NCBI GenBank assembly: GCA_041500865.1
Contig: JBGQMY010000002.1
Location: 1,982-65,981, forward strand
Reading direction: 5' to 3'
Source of the DNA: Candidatus Micrarchaeia archaeon
GTDB lineage: Archaea; Micrarchaeota; Micrarchaeia; Anstonellales; J096
Length of the DNA: 64,000 nucleotides
Positions 8,975 through 19,900 of the stretch are shown here, in pieces (position 1 is the stretch's first letter; each line of letters begins with the position of its first letter). The notes under the pieces were generated by a model. That model was not told the origin of the DNA, ran no database searches, and saw nothing but the letters and a program-made list of their open reading frames with translations. Both the position numbers and the translations under genes were made by a program.

Positions 8975-10275
8975 GCTTTCACTTCCGAGACCATCTTTTT
9001 CATCTGCTGGAGCAGGTAATCAACTGGAAGGCCGCTGAACAGGAAGGCCGCGGCCCTGGCATGCCCTCCCCCTGACGCATTGTCCTTGTACTCGGAAACA
9101 AGCGCCTTCACAAGCTCGTTGGCCCTGACGCCCTTGTCATAGGCCTTGTGCCCGACCCTGAGTATCAGGGACTTTTCGGAGTATCCTATGACAACGACGT
9201 CCTCGTCCCCTGCCATCTCGTACGCCCTTGTCGTCATCTTGCCCCTGCCAGGGAACTCCGAGCGCTTGGCCGCCCTGTCAAGGTTCACAGTAATAAGCGT
9301 TATGCCGTTCCCAAGCATTTCCTTTTTCATGTTCTGGCTTATGGCGCTTGAGACGTTTTCAATATGCTCCTTTGCCTTTGCCAGTATGCTCTGGTACAGC
9401 GCATTGTCTCCCATCAGGTCCTTGTAGAACTCCAGCCTGTTGCCGAAAGACGAATATGATGCTACGAAATCAAAGACAAGCGCCCTTTCCCTGTCCTTTT
9501 CGGAAATTGGCATTATGCCGCTCTTGTCGCCTGCAAGCGATATGCCCACTGTGTCGGATGCGTCATAGCCAAGCAGCTTGACAGCCTCATATGCAAGGTA
9601 TCCGGCAGTGAACTTGCTGGCGTCCTCCTCAGGCCCATAGAGCCATGGGTTGAGCACGATGCCCACCCCCGCCAATGCCTGCGAGCAGGGATGGTGGTCA
9701 ATCGCCAGTATGCTTATGCCTGCTGATTTCACAAGGTCCAGCGCCTCCATGCTCTCGTCGTTGGTGCAGCAGTCAAGCAAAACCAAAGTCGGGAATGCCT
9801 CGAATTTCAGCTGCGCGATGTCGTTGAACGCGTCCTTGTTGCTGTAAACCGCGGAGTTGTGCTGCATCTTGAACCCGGAGATTGCCTGGGAGACTGAAAG
9901 CGCGGCAGATATGCCGTCTGCGTCCCCATGGAACCTCATTATGGTTTTTGGATGCATGATTGAAAGCGCCTTTAGGGCCTTTGCCGCCAGTTCAATTGCA
10001 GGCCTGCATTTCTCAAGCACAGGGGACTTGACAGTTGGGCTCCAGTCCCCTATTTTTATGCCGAGCATGCCAACGGCTTCTGCAAGCGTGGGGTTTTCCA
10101 ATTTTTCTATCTTGGACGGAATGACAATGTTATCCGATACCTCGCCGGTTATGCGGAGCAGGTCCAGCCTGCTGAACCGCTCATTGCTCTGCAGCGCGTA
10201 TTCGCATGCCCCGTCGGTTATGGAATGGCTTCCGGCATTTGCGCGCATTACGATTGCGTTAAGCTCTATCTCCAT
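8971..10275 (-). CDS. DHH/DHHA1 family phosphoesterase (RecJ-like or nanoRNase-like).
   Basis: DHH motif ILAIDHHP and DHHA1 motif GGGHARAAAF. Confidence 0.7.
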   Translation of the reverse strand: MEIELNAIVMRANAGSHSITDGACEYALQSNERFSRLDLLRITGEVSDNIVIPSKIEKLENPTLAEAVGMLGIKIGDWSPTVKSPVLEKCRPAIELAAKALKALSIMHPKTIMRFHGDADGISAALSVSQAISGFKMQHNSAVYSNKDAFNDIAQLKFEAFPTLVLLDCCTNDESMEALDLVKSAGISILAIDHHPCSQALAGVGIVLNPWLYGPEEDASKFTAGYLAYEAVKLLGYDASDTVGISLAGDKSGIMPISEKDRERALVFDFVASYSSFGNRLEFYKDLMGDNALYQSILAKAKEHIENVSSAISQNMKKEMLGNGITLITVNLDRAAKRSEFPGRGKMTTRAYEMAGDEDVVVIGYSEKSLILRVGHKAYDKGVRANELVKALVSEYKDNASGGGHARAAAFLFSGLPVDYLLQQMKKMVSEVKA

Positions 10276-11196
10276 CTACAGCTCCACCTTCAGGCCGTCA
10301 TAGCCAAGCAAAACGTTTCCCTTGAAGCGCTTCCTTGCCTCGTCCTCAAGCGCCTTTTCCCTGCCCTTGGCGTACCTTGGGCTTATGTGCGTCAGTATGA
10401 GCGTCTTTGCGCCTGACTTTGCGGCAAGCGCTGCCGCGTCCAATGATGTCGAGTGCCCCTTCCTGTGCGCATCCTTTTCCATGCCTGCGGAAAACGTGCA
10501 CTCGTGTATTATTGCGTCGCAGCCCTTTGCCAGCTTTTCCATGCCAGGGAACGGCGCAGTATCCCCGGTATAAAGGACCTTCAGGCCCTTTGTTTTGTAC
10601 GTAACTTCAGCGAGCCTTATCGTTTTTCCATTGATTATAAGCTTGCCCTTTTCCATTATCTCTGTGAACATCGGCCCTTTCAGCCCCATTGATTTTGCCT
10701 TTTTCTCGTTGAAGCGCACGCGCTCGTTTTCCTCAAACAGGAATCCGTAGCTGTCCTGCCTATGTTTCACTTTGAACGCGCTTATCGTGAAATCGCCGCC
10801 CTTGAGCAGCACGCCTTCCTTTATCGTTTTTACTTTTATGAAATCGGACTTTCTGGACATGATGTCCTCAAAGCCCTTTGGCGCGAAAATGCTGAACGTG
10901 TCGCCTTTTTCAATGGGCGATGCATGGCCTTCCGGGTAGCCGTAAAGCCCGAGCAGCCTCATGGTCTCAAGATAGCCGTAAAGCCCGAGGAAGTGGTCCA
11001 TGTGCAAATGAGTTATGAAGACATGGCGTATGCTGCCGAAGCCCAGCCTGTGCCTCATCAGCTCCCGCTGCGAGCCCTCGCCCATGTCCCAAAGGAACGG
11101 GAAGCCCTTCCAACTGAGGAAGATGCACGGCATCCCCCTTTCAGGGCTGGGCATGCCTGCGGACGTGCCTATTAATTGGATTGACATGCGTGCCAT
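10276..11196 (-). CDS. rnz: Ribonuclease Z (tRNA 3' endonuclease), short form.
   Basis: HxHxDH motif ITHLHMDHFLGL, N-terminal LIGTSAGMPSPERG, C-terminal LILTHISPRY. Confidence 0.85.
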   Translation of the reverse strand: MARMSIQLIGTSAGMPSPERGMPCIFLSWKGFPFLWDMGEGSQRELMRHRLGFGSIRHVFITHLHMDHFLGLYGYLETMRLLGLYGYPEGHASPIEKGDTFSIFAPKGFEDIMSRKSDFIKVKTIKEGVLLKGGDFTISAFKVKHRQDSYGFLFEENERVRFNEKKAKSMGLKGPMFTEIMEKGKLIINGKTIRLAEVTYKTKGLKVLYTGDTAPFPGMEKLAKGCDAIIHECTFSAGMEKDAHRKGHSTSLDAAALAAKSGAKTLILTHISPRYAKGREKALEDEARKRFKGNVLLGYDGLKVEL

Positions 11197-11308
11197 TGCC
11201 GCCTTATTGCATGTGACGGTTTAAAAATGGCGTTCCCTTGCCGGATGGCGCATCCGTCGGAATCACATATGCTTTTTAACCTTATCTTTCAAATCAAACC
11301 GTGGTAAC

Positions 11309-12397
11309 ATGCAGGAACTCATAAATTCGGTGCTCAGCGAGAACAGGGCGAGGACTCCGGAAGAGATTGCGCCGGCATCCTCCCAGGCAGGAAACCCTGC
11401 GGTAAATCTCGACGAGGTTCTAAGGAAGGTCAGGATAACCGTCATAGGCGTCGGGGGAGCCGGATGCAACGCCGTAACGAGGCTGTTCCTTTCAGGCATA
11501 GAGAGCGCAAGGACGATAGTCATAAACACCGATTCAAAGCACCTGCACACGATATCAAAGGCGCATGAGAAGTACCTGTTGGGCAAGACCATGACAAGGG
11601 GCATAGGCGCAGGCGGCGACGCCGGTGTCGGAAGGCGGTGCGCGGAGGCAGACGCAGAGGACCTGCGAAAGCTGATAGGCGAAAATGAGATAGTCTTCAT
11701 CGCCGCGGGCATGGGCGGCGGAACCGGGGCAGGCGCGTCTCCTGTAATAGCAAGGATAGCAAAGGAACAGGGAGCCATGGTCATAGGCATAGTGACGTTC
11801 CCGTTCAAGCTGGAGCGCATAAGGGTAAAGAAGGCGCAGGACCATATCAGGGATTTGCTGAAGGAAGTTGACACATTAATCGTGATTGACAACAACAAGC
11901 TGGCGGAATTCGCCCCTAACCTTCCGCTGGACGCGGCGTTCAAGCTCGCGGACAGCATCATGGCAAGGGCGGTCAAGGGCCTTACGGACAGCATAATGCT
12001 GCCCTCGCTGATGAACATAGACTATGCAGACGTAAGAAGCGTCCTGAAAAACAAGGGCATAGCCATGATATCGCTCGGAGAGGGAAACGGCGCCAACAGG
12101 GTGCAGGATGCCATAAAGAACACGCTCTCGCACCCGCTGCTTGAAGTAAACTACGAGGACGCCAAGGGCGCGATAGTGCACATAGAGGGAAGCGAAGGGC
12201 TGACGCTCGGGGAGGCCATAACGATAGGGAACGAGATAACCAAGAGCTTCGACCCTGAAGCGGAAGTCAAGATGGGCGCAAGGATAAACCAGTCCTTGGA
12301 CGACACCATAATAGTGACTGCGATAATCACCGGCGTAAAGTCGCCGTCCATACTCGCAAAGGAAGGGGGAGGCAGCGAGACGCCGCTGGTGCTTTGA
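11309..12397 (+). CDS. ftsZ: Cell division GTPase FtsZ (tubulin/FtsZ family).
   Basis: GVGGAGCNAV and the tubulin signature GMGGGTGAGASPVIA. Confidence 0.85.
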   Translation: MQELINSVLSENRARTPEEIAPASSQAGNPAVNLDEVLRKVRITVIGVGGAGCNAVTRLFLSGIESARTIVINTDSKHLHTISKAHEKYLLGKTMTRGIGAGGDAGVGRRCAEADAEDLRKLIGENEIVFIAAGMGGGTGAGASPVIARIAKEQGAMVIGIVTFPFKLERIRVKKAQDHIRDLLKEVDTLIVIDNNKLAEFAPNLPLDAAFKLADSIMARAVKGLTDSIMLPSLMNIDYADVRSVLKNKGIAMISLGEGNGANRVQDAIKNTLSHPLLEVNYEDAKGAIVHIEGSEGLTLGEAITIGNEITKSFDPEAEVKMGARINQSLDDTIIVTAIITGVKSPSILAKEGGGSETPLVL

Positions 12398-12417
12398 CAG
12401 TAAACGGTGAATGAAAG

Positions 12418-15414
12418 ATGTTCTCATTCGACAATGCGTTCATGCTAGCGATAATATTCTTTGCAAACATACTGCCTGGCATGCTGCTGGCGCTCGGCCT
12501 GCTCAAAGGCAACAAGGAATTGGGAATCATTGAAAAGCTGCTCATAGGCGCAACGCTCGGGTTCCTGCTTCCGGAGATGGTGCCGTTCCTGCTCTCAATC
12601 ATAGGAATCGGTTTTTCATACATGCTCGCGCTGGCATCAGTGGCGCTCATGTACGTTGCAGCCATAATATCAATCGCCTATGCGTATAAGGGAGAGAACG
12701 CAGCGGAACTTCTTAACTTCAAGAACATCAAGCTGGAGCCGCTTTCAATTGTGCTGTCCATACTGCTGATTCTGCTGCTGTTTTTCTCGTTCACCATAAG
12801 GCTCAGCTCCATAAGCCCCGTATACATGGAGCTGGACCCGTATTTCTATTCATACGGCGCGATATACATACTCGAGGACGGCGCAGTGCCGCTCCGCGAC
12901 AGCACGGCCTGGTGGCCCGAAAACGCAAGCTCGCACAGGGCCATGCCCAGCCTTATCTACCTGGAGTCCACATGGTACTCCTCCTACACCCACGGGGCTT
13001 CGGGGACAGTCAACTCGTATGTGCTCGCATACGCATCTAATTTCTATCCGCCGATAGCCGCGGCGCTGACCGTCTTCTTCATATACCTGTTTTTCAAGAT
13101 GGAATTCAACAGGGAGACCGGCCTTGCGATAGCGGCGCTTCTTTCACTGATACCAAGCTACCTTTTCAAGACGCTTTCCGGGGTTTTCGAGGCCCAGCCC
13201 ATGTCATTCCTTCTTTATACATCAATGCTGGCGCTCGCCTATGCATACCTTAAGACGAAGGACAAGGGGGCACTTGCGGCCCTTTCCCTGATATACATAC
13301 CTCTGCTGCTCGGGTCAACCGGCAGCGGGATAATGCCACTCATGCTTTCCGTAGTCATAACGATTCTGGTCGTGATGAACTTCGCAAAGTACCGCATGTC
13401 GGGCGGCAAGGACGAAAACCCGGCAAAGGACAACATGAGCTACCTCTGCCTTGCCGCGGCGCTCCTGGTGACATATACCGCATTCGCCATCCTGCAGGAC
13501 TATTACCAGGACGGGATGATAGGCTTCGGCTCAATAAGCTTCTTGGGGATAATCGCGCTGCCGTTTTTGCTTCCGCTTGCGCTCAAGTTCATTTATGAGG
13601 ACAAGGCAAAGATGGAAATGTTCATGAAGAACGAGTATACTGTCTATGCCGGCATATTGGTGCTGCTGATATTGTTCTTGGCGTCGCCGTTCGGCTCCGC
13701 CACATTGGACTATATAAAGCCGGCGTTCGCGGGCGGAAACTACAATTCTGTGCTTGAGCGCACGATTGCCGAGCACCAGCAGGCCGGGGACGATTTAAGC
13801 TCCGACTTGGGGGCGCTTGGCGGAACCATAAACATACCGGTGATAAAGGACATAATCGCATTCATCTCCGGCATTGTGAACTTCATGTACACCTTCGCAA
13901 TAGGGATAATCAATGCTGCATTTGGCCTTTATCTGCCCACAATAAACAAGAGCCCAAGCATAGCGGCTGTCGCAATGCTTGGTTTCATGGTGCTGACGCT
14001 CTATGAGATTGCCAAATTCCTCAAAAGCAGGGAAATACCGCTGCTTTTCGTGTTCGTGGCAGTGGTGTTCTATCCCCTGTCCATAGCCGGCCTGATAACG
14101 GCGAAGTTCACCATCTTTTTCACGTTTGCGTTCATATTGCTGATGGGATACGTGTTCGGGAAAATATATGGGATGGCAAGCGAGAGGCTCAAAAACTTCA
14201 AATTGGACAAGGAGGGCAGCCCGCTTCCAATAAGGCTTATCGTGTTTGCCGCGCTTTTCCTGATTCTAATCTATCCGGTGGTGCTTTCCTCCTTCTCAGT
14301 CAAGATGATGGCGCTTTCGCTGTCGCCGAAGTTCGGGGACAATCCCCATGCGTTTGACGCCAAGGCGGCCACGCTATGCAAGCTGATGGGGAACGACCAA
14401 GGCAGCGAGCCGTGCAAATACGCCGCAAACCCGGACCAGTACCTTTCAGAGATACAGAACCAGTATTCCTCGGACATGTGCTTCTATACGCTGCTTTACG
14501 ACAGCATAGTCAGCAACAAGAATGACGGGGACATGCAATCTGTCGCAAGCATAAGGTGCTCGGAGATATCGCCGCCTTGGATAACGGCGCTTGACTGGAT
14601 GGGCAAAAGCCTGCCGGCTGACGCCCGCGTCATGAGCTGGTGGGACTACGGCCACTGGACCAACTTCTTTGCCAGGAGGGCAAGCGTCATAAGGAACGAG
14701 CATGCGAGCATACCCATGATACAGGACGTTGCGCACGCCTTCATAATGGCGAACGAGACGGAAGCGATGGAGATAATGCAGAAATACGACTCGAAGTACC
14801 TGCTGGTGGACAGCGAGATTATACTCGGCTCCGGGAGTGTCTTCGGCGCCAAGTTCTACGCATTGAATTACCTCGCGTGCTCCAGGGACAACCTTACTGA
14901 TGTCTTTACGGCGCAGATGGGCTCGCAGTGCGAGTACGACAACCTGTGGGAGGAGATAGTTCCTACGACGGAGCCGTGCCTGATATCGCCGATTTCCCAG
15001 AAGTACGGCGTGGTTGCCAAGAAAAGGGTCGTGACGTCCGAGAACGGCATAGTCAAGAGCGTTGGCCTCGCACCCGCATACTGCATGGGAAACGTCACGC
15101 TGGCGAACGGCCAGCAGATGGCCGGAACGTATTACCTTGACAGGAAGGCGCCTTCCGGCGAGCTTATGCTCAACAGGGCCATACTGGAGCCGACCAGCCA
15201 GGGCAGCTACGTGCTGCTTTACACGAAAGACGTGGTATGGATGGTGAACGGCCAGCTGACGGACGGGTACGACGACAGGATAGGCAAGGGCAGGTTCTAC
15301 GACTCCATGGTGTACAAGGGGTTCGTGCTTGGCCAGCTGGACGGCTTCAGCAAGGTGTACGACAACGGGTACATCAAGATTTACGAGATAATGAACTACA
15401 CGCCCACAGGATGA
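12418..15414 (+). CDS. aglB: Archaeal oligosaccharyltransferase AglB (STT3 family).
   Basis: 998-aa polytopic N-terminal domain plus the WWDYGHW catalytic motif. Confidence 0.9.
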   Translation: MFSFDNAFMLAIIFFANILPGMLLALGLLKGNKELGIIEKLLIGATLGFLLPEMVPFLLSIIGIGFSYMLALASVALMYVAAIISIAYAYKGENAAELLNFKNIKLEPLSIVLSILLILLLFFSFTIRLSSISPVYMELDPYFYSYGAIYILEDGAVPLRDSTAWWPENASSHRAMPSLIYLESTWYSSYTHGASGTVNSYVLAYASNFYPPIAAALTVFFIYLFFKMEFNRETGLAIAALLSLIPSYLFKTLSGVFEAQPMSFLLYTSMLALAYAYLKTKDKGALAALSLIYIPLLLGSTGSGIMPLMLSVVITILVVMNFAKYRMSGGKDENPAKDNMSYLCLAAALLVTYTAFAILQDYYQDGMIGFGSISFLGIIALPFLLPLALKFIYEDKAKMEMFMKNEYTVYAGILVLLILFLASPFGSATLDYIKPAFAGGNYNSVLERTIAEHQQAGDDLSSDLGALGGTINIPVIKDIIAFISGIVNFMYTFAIGIINAAFGLYLPTINKSPSIAAVAMLGFMVLTLYEIAKFLKSREIPLLFVFVAVVFYPLSIAGLITAKFTIFFTFAFILLMGYVFGKIYGMASERLKNFKLDKEGSPLPIRLIVFAALFLILIYPVVLSSFSVKMMALSLSPKFGDNPHAFDAKAATLCKLMGNDQGSEPCKYAANPDQYLSEIQNQYSSDMCFYTLLYDSIVSNKNDGDMQSVASIRCSEISPPWITALDWMGKSLPADARVMSWWDYGHWTNFFARRASVIRNEHASIPMIQDVAHAFIMANETEAMEIMQKYDSKYLLVDSEIILGSGSVFGAKFYALNYLACSRDNLTDVFTAQMGSQCEYDNLWEEIVPTTEPCLISPISQKYGVVAKKRVVTSENGIVKSVGLAPAYCMGNVTLANGQQMAGTYYLDRKAPSGELMLNRAILEPTSQGSYVLLYTKDVVWMVNGQLTDGYDDRIGKGRFYDSMVYKGFVLGQLDGFSKVYDNGYIKIYEIMNYTPTG

Positions 15415-15471
15415 GCCTATCTCCAGCAAGGCGTAAGAACATTTTAAAACCCTTATTAACACAAAAGAAGC

Positions 15472-16506
15472 ATGCAAAAGCTTTCAGCATCAAGAAGGGA
15501 AAGGACAAACCAGCTCAGGCTGCTTCTTCCAAAAGGGAGCCTGAACACGCCTGGCAGGGGAGACACCTGCGGGATGATGAAAAAGGCCAAATATGACATA
15601 CTTGGATATGAGCCGGGCAAGGAAACCGAGCCCATAAGGATAGCGAACGACAGTGATATCCGCGTTATGCTCAGCAGGCCGCAGAGCGCGCCAACCGAGC
15701 TGATTCTGGGGATGGCGGATGCCGCAATTGTAGGCTCTGACTGGGTCAATGAAACGCAGGGCCTGAAAGGCAAACAGATAATTGAAATTCTTGACTTGGA
15801 ATATGGCAAAGCGGAGCTGGTGTTCGCATCATCAAAAAAATACCGCAGCCTGAACGCTTTTGTTGCAGCCATGGACAAGACCAATAAAGATATAGTGTGC
15901 TTTAGCGAATACGTAAATACCACAGCAGCCTTTCTGGCATCATGCGGCGCTTACAAGAGGATTTTTGGCAGCAGACAGCCCATGAAAGAGATAAGGGGCA
16001 CTGTGCTGGGCAGAAACAGCAAGGCCAAGGTTGTCATGAGCGACGGCGTCACTGAAGGGTATATTGCAAAAGGGGCGAACCTGGTCATGGACAATTCCCA
16101 GTCAGGAAGCACCATGGCAAGATACGGCCTTGAGGTTATTGAGGAAATCGGGACTTCGAGCGCGCGCCTTTATGCACGGGCAGGCGCATTGGCAGATTCC
16201 TGGCTTAAAGGCAAGATAGATGAGCTTTCAAGGCAGCTTGCCAGCGTAGTTGAGGGCAGCAGGAAATATTATGTTGTGTTAAACGTGCCCAGCGACCGCA
16301 TTGACAAAGTGGTTGAGTATGCGCGCTTGAACGGCCTGTTTGCGGATGAGCCAACCATCGTGAGCGGAAAGAAATTCTGCCAGATTAGCCTGCTGGTGCC
16401 AAAGGCCAACTGGCCCAAGATAAGCCAAGGCTTGGTAGAGCGGGGAGCCAGGAACATAATCCCGTTAGAACCCGGCTATGTGCTTGAAGGACTGCCCAAT
16501 ATTTAA
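15472..16506 (+). CDS. hisG: ATP phosphoribosyltransferase, long form with C-terminal regulatory domain.
   Basis: LRLLLPKGSL N-terminus, ADAAIVGSDW, and the PRPP-loop-like segment MDNSQSGSTM. ATTTTAAAAC box 22-30 nt upstream. Confidence 0.7.
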   Translation: MQKLSASRRERTNQLRLLLPKGSLNTPGRGDTCGMMKKAKYDILGYEPGKETEPIRIANDSDIRVMLSRPQSAPTELILGMADAAIVGSDWVNETQGLKGKQIIEILDLEYGKAELVFASSKKYRSLNAFVAAMDKTNKDIVCFSEYVNTTAAFLASCGAYKRIFGSRQPMKEIRGTVLGRNSKAKVVMSDGVTEGYIAKGANLVMDNSQSGSTMARYGLEVIEEIGTSSARLYARAGALADSWLKGKIDELSRQLASVVEGSRKYYVVLNVPSDRIDKVVEYARLNGLFADEPTIVSGKKFCQISLLVPKANWPKISQGLVERGARNIIPLEPGYVLEGLPNI

Positions 16507-16566
16507 TAATGGGAATATCTGCCAATCCCCTTCCTTTTTTAACCCTTTGCGAGCTACAATAGAGGC

Positions 16567-16690
16567 GTAGGGATGGCGGAGCCCGGTCAAACGTGCCAGA
16601 CTCAAGGCGGAAAAAGACAAGGCGTAAATAAAGACACGTGAGACATCTGGTGCCCTAGCGGCTACGTGGGTTCAAATCCCACTCCCTACA
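16567..16690 (+). tRNA. tRNA-Leu(CAA), class II, with a 38-nt intron at the canonical 37/38 position (16607..16644).
   Basis: Acceptor GTAGGGA/TCCCTAC. Anticodon stem CCAGA/TCTGG is restored after removing the intron. Loop CTCAAG with CAA at 16603-16605. Long variable arm. T-arm GTGGG-TTCAAAT-CCCAC. Discriminator A. TTTTTTAACC box about 22 nt upstream. CCA is not encoded. Confidence 0.75.
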
Positions 16691-16896
16691 CAATCCTTTT
16701 TCTTCAGAGAAGAAAAAGCCTTGGGAAAAAGAAGCTACTTTTGTCTTTTAGAAAAAGAAAGCTCTTGCGGAAAGAAAACTGTATTTGGTGTCTGTGGACA
16801 CAAGTTCCTCCCTATCCCCTGATTTTTGGGCTCTATTGAGCCAATAGTTGTTTTTTGCTAAAGCCTTTTCCAAAGAACAAATCGTCGTTTTTTGCT

Positions 16897-16919
16897 GGAG
16901 CTTTTTAAGAAAAAGCTCC
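16897..16919. terminator. Perfect hairpin GGAGCTTTTT-AAG-AAAAAGCTCC, preceded by a T6 tract.
   Basis: 10-bp stem and 3-nt loop lying between tRNA-Leu and the 3' end of the convergent 1,500-aa gene. A near-identical copy is at 62257-62279. Confidence 0.45.
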
Positions 16920-16970
16920 GCGGAAAGAAAATTGTTTTGGCGCCGACTGACGCCATAAACGGTCTGGCGA

Positions 16971-19900
16971 TTAGCCCTTTGGCTTTTTCGGCTCTCTTGC
17001 GGCCACCCGTTTGTTGTAATCATCTATGACTTTTTGCTTGGTTTCGCGCAATGCCGCCTTTCTGGCTTCTTCATCAGCACTTTTCTGCATTTGTGATGCC
17101 GTTTCAGGCGCCTGTCCCAACGCCTGCTGTTCGGATTGCTTTGATGGCGGCTTTTCTGGGCCGCCTTCTTTGAAGACGACCCCGGTCTCTTTCTCTTGAG
17201 GCCGCTTTTCAGCGGGCGGCGGCTCTGCGGGAGGCGTTGGCCGCCCGCCAGGCCCGGATGGGGGCAGTTCTCCATAAAGCATCGGCGCCGGCCTCCCCCT
17301 CCCCCCAAAATATGTGTCATACGTATCAAGCGCGCCCGTGGTGACCTTGCCAATGAAATTATGATAATCCTCCAATGCCGCATAATCTGCCTTGGTGCCA
17401 TTCTTATCCTTAATCCCATCGTCAGATAATTCCTTGGAATATTCCTCTTTCGCACCAATTGCGAAATAATTGCGCAGGCAATCCTTATCATAGTCTTTGC
17501 TGATGAACGCCCTATGGAAAGTCTCATCCGAAGCTCCGGTCATGATGTCTGCAGCCGGGCTTGAATTTGCGATGTTCTCCAGCAGTCCGCTAAAATCAAA
17601 AAAAGACGCCGAAGTGAGATTTCTCCTGTTTCTTGTCTCATAAATGCGGTTTTTCATATCATCTTCAGTTACCTTGATAAGGTTCTTCTTTTCATCCTCA
17701 TAAAGATCAGAGACTACGAAGGAAAGCGACGAAAGCGCCAACGCCCCGGAAGGCGCGCCGCTGACTCCCCCGCCGCCTGCCGGCTTCGGGAACTGCCCCT
17801 GCTGCTCCAGCGCGCTCTTCATTATACTGGATTCATCCGCAGAAAGCTTGTCGAGATTGAACTGCTTCAGGATTTTATTTTCCCTGTCGTCCGGGATGGC
17901 AGTGCCATTCTTGTCGACCAGGTCAAACTTCTTTTGGTCAGGACTAAAGACAAGGAAGACATTTTCCCTGCCCTCATCCAGCTGGAACTTCTCCAACTTC
18001 TCATAAAGCTCCTTATGGGATTTCAGGTTATCCGTAGACGCCTTGGAAGTTAGCATGCCTTCCATTGAATCAAAAAGCTGCGCGACGACACCGGCTCTTG
18101 ATTCGACTCTTGATTCTGCCCCCCCGACCCGGGCGGACATGGCATCCCTAACATCCTGATATGGAATTACATCATTGGAACTGAAATAAGGCAGCACTTT
18201 TTCCTTTATGCTGTTCTTGGATGTCTCGTTGAATGCAGCATATATCTTCGTGAAACTCTCTGATGCATCTTTCATATTAAGCTCTGCCTTCACATCATTC
18301 CCTGTTATGCGCTCCCCGGAAGAATTGTTGATCTTAGTCCCTCCCTCATCTATGCCATTGAATACGAGGTCGGTGCCTCTGAGGCTATCCTTAATCGCGC
18401 CTACGTTTACATTTCTAAATTTGTCCAGTTCTGTGATAAGCTGGGATCTGTCATTTTCACCCATAGACTTGGTTGCGTCCTCAAGGGAAACTGCCTTGCC
18501 AGTTGCCTTGTCTCTCACCAAGAAATTGCCTTCAGAATCCGCTCCTGAGAATGAATAACCTGCCACGGCAGTGCCGAATATTGTATTTATATTTTTAAAG
18601 GTATCTGTTCCCAATGCTGAGGACGCTTTGGAGAAATCCGCCCATGAGTCCTCGTTCATCCTAGCCTTTGCCTGGTCCATGGTTAGCTTCTCTTTGCTTA
18701 CTTTGTCAACTATGACAATATCGCCATTCCTCCCATTGAAACCTTCCAGCGCCATGCCGTTCCTGTCCAATACATCGGCAAGCTTTCCCATAGGGACGAT
18801 TTGGGCTGCGGCAGCTCCTGCTTCAAGGTCTTTTTGATGCGCTATGCCGAGCGCTTTTTCAATTATGCCGGATGATGCCTGGATTGCCTCAGTCCTCTTC
18901 AGCGCCAAGTTCTCTGCTGTAAAGCTGCTCTCAGGCTTCGCGCCATTTGCCATGTCTGTTAGGGTTATCATAGAATAGGCATTGTTCTCAATGCCGTATT
19001 CCGATATTACCTTGTCTTTATTTTCACCGCTGATTTCCTTGCCATTCTTGGTTATTTTTATTTTATCGGATATTTCCATTCCGCTGGCGCCGGGAACCGC
19101 CGTTATGGTGTAGCCGTCATTTACCATGCCCAAAAGGCCGTTGACAACCTGCAGCTTTGCGCTGTTCGCGCTAACGTCTGTCCTTAGTTCCCTCTCCATT
19201 TTCAGCTGCTCAACCATATATGTTGCATTGGCCTGGTTGACATATTCAGGATGATCCGGGAACATTGCTTTCAGCACATTCTGCGGGGCATTGGCGTCTG
19301 TCCCAATCGCATTGAAATCCAACAAAAGCTTGTCGGCTCTGTCTTCCTCGCCGCTCAAGCGCAGCGACAGTGCTATCGCTGCCACTTTGTTTCCTATGGA
19401 ATTCTGGGCTATCTGGCTTATCTTAACTTGGAATTCTCTTTCCGGCTGCAGGATATTGCCCTCAAGATAATGCACCGGCAAATGCGATTCCCTCATCAGC
19501 TCCATCTGGTCATTCAGCATGGTGCCGTAGGCTATCTTCATGCCTATGAAATCCGAAAGCTGGTCCTTAAGTTTCTCGTCCTTAATGCCGCTTAGCCTGT
19601 TGTCCTTGCCGCTTTGGAGGTCTTTCATCTCTGAAAGCGTGAGGGAATCCTTGCTGAGCGCGGCAAAAAGGGCCTTGGCGGTGCCGGAGAGGCCCTCGTT
19701 CTGCTCTATCCTGGATTTCAAGGATGATATGTCATCCCAAAGCTTCGTCATCCCTTGCTTGTTTTCAGCTACTTTCTTGTCTGTCGCAGGGAAGCATTTC
19801 AGGACAAAGCCCGGCATCACGGAATCCCTTTCCTTGATTAGCTTCTCGTTCTCCTTTTCGAGCTTTTTTATGTCCTTGTTTGACGGATTGTTTTCCCTAA

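Noticed and set aside
16500-17000. Integrated element or prophage at the tRNA-Leu 3' side.
   Set aside because: The tRNA is intact and there is no integrase, no direct repeat of the tRNA 3' end and no phage-like genes. Only a short repeat-containing spacer precedes the next chromosomal gene.
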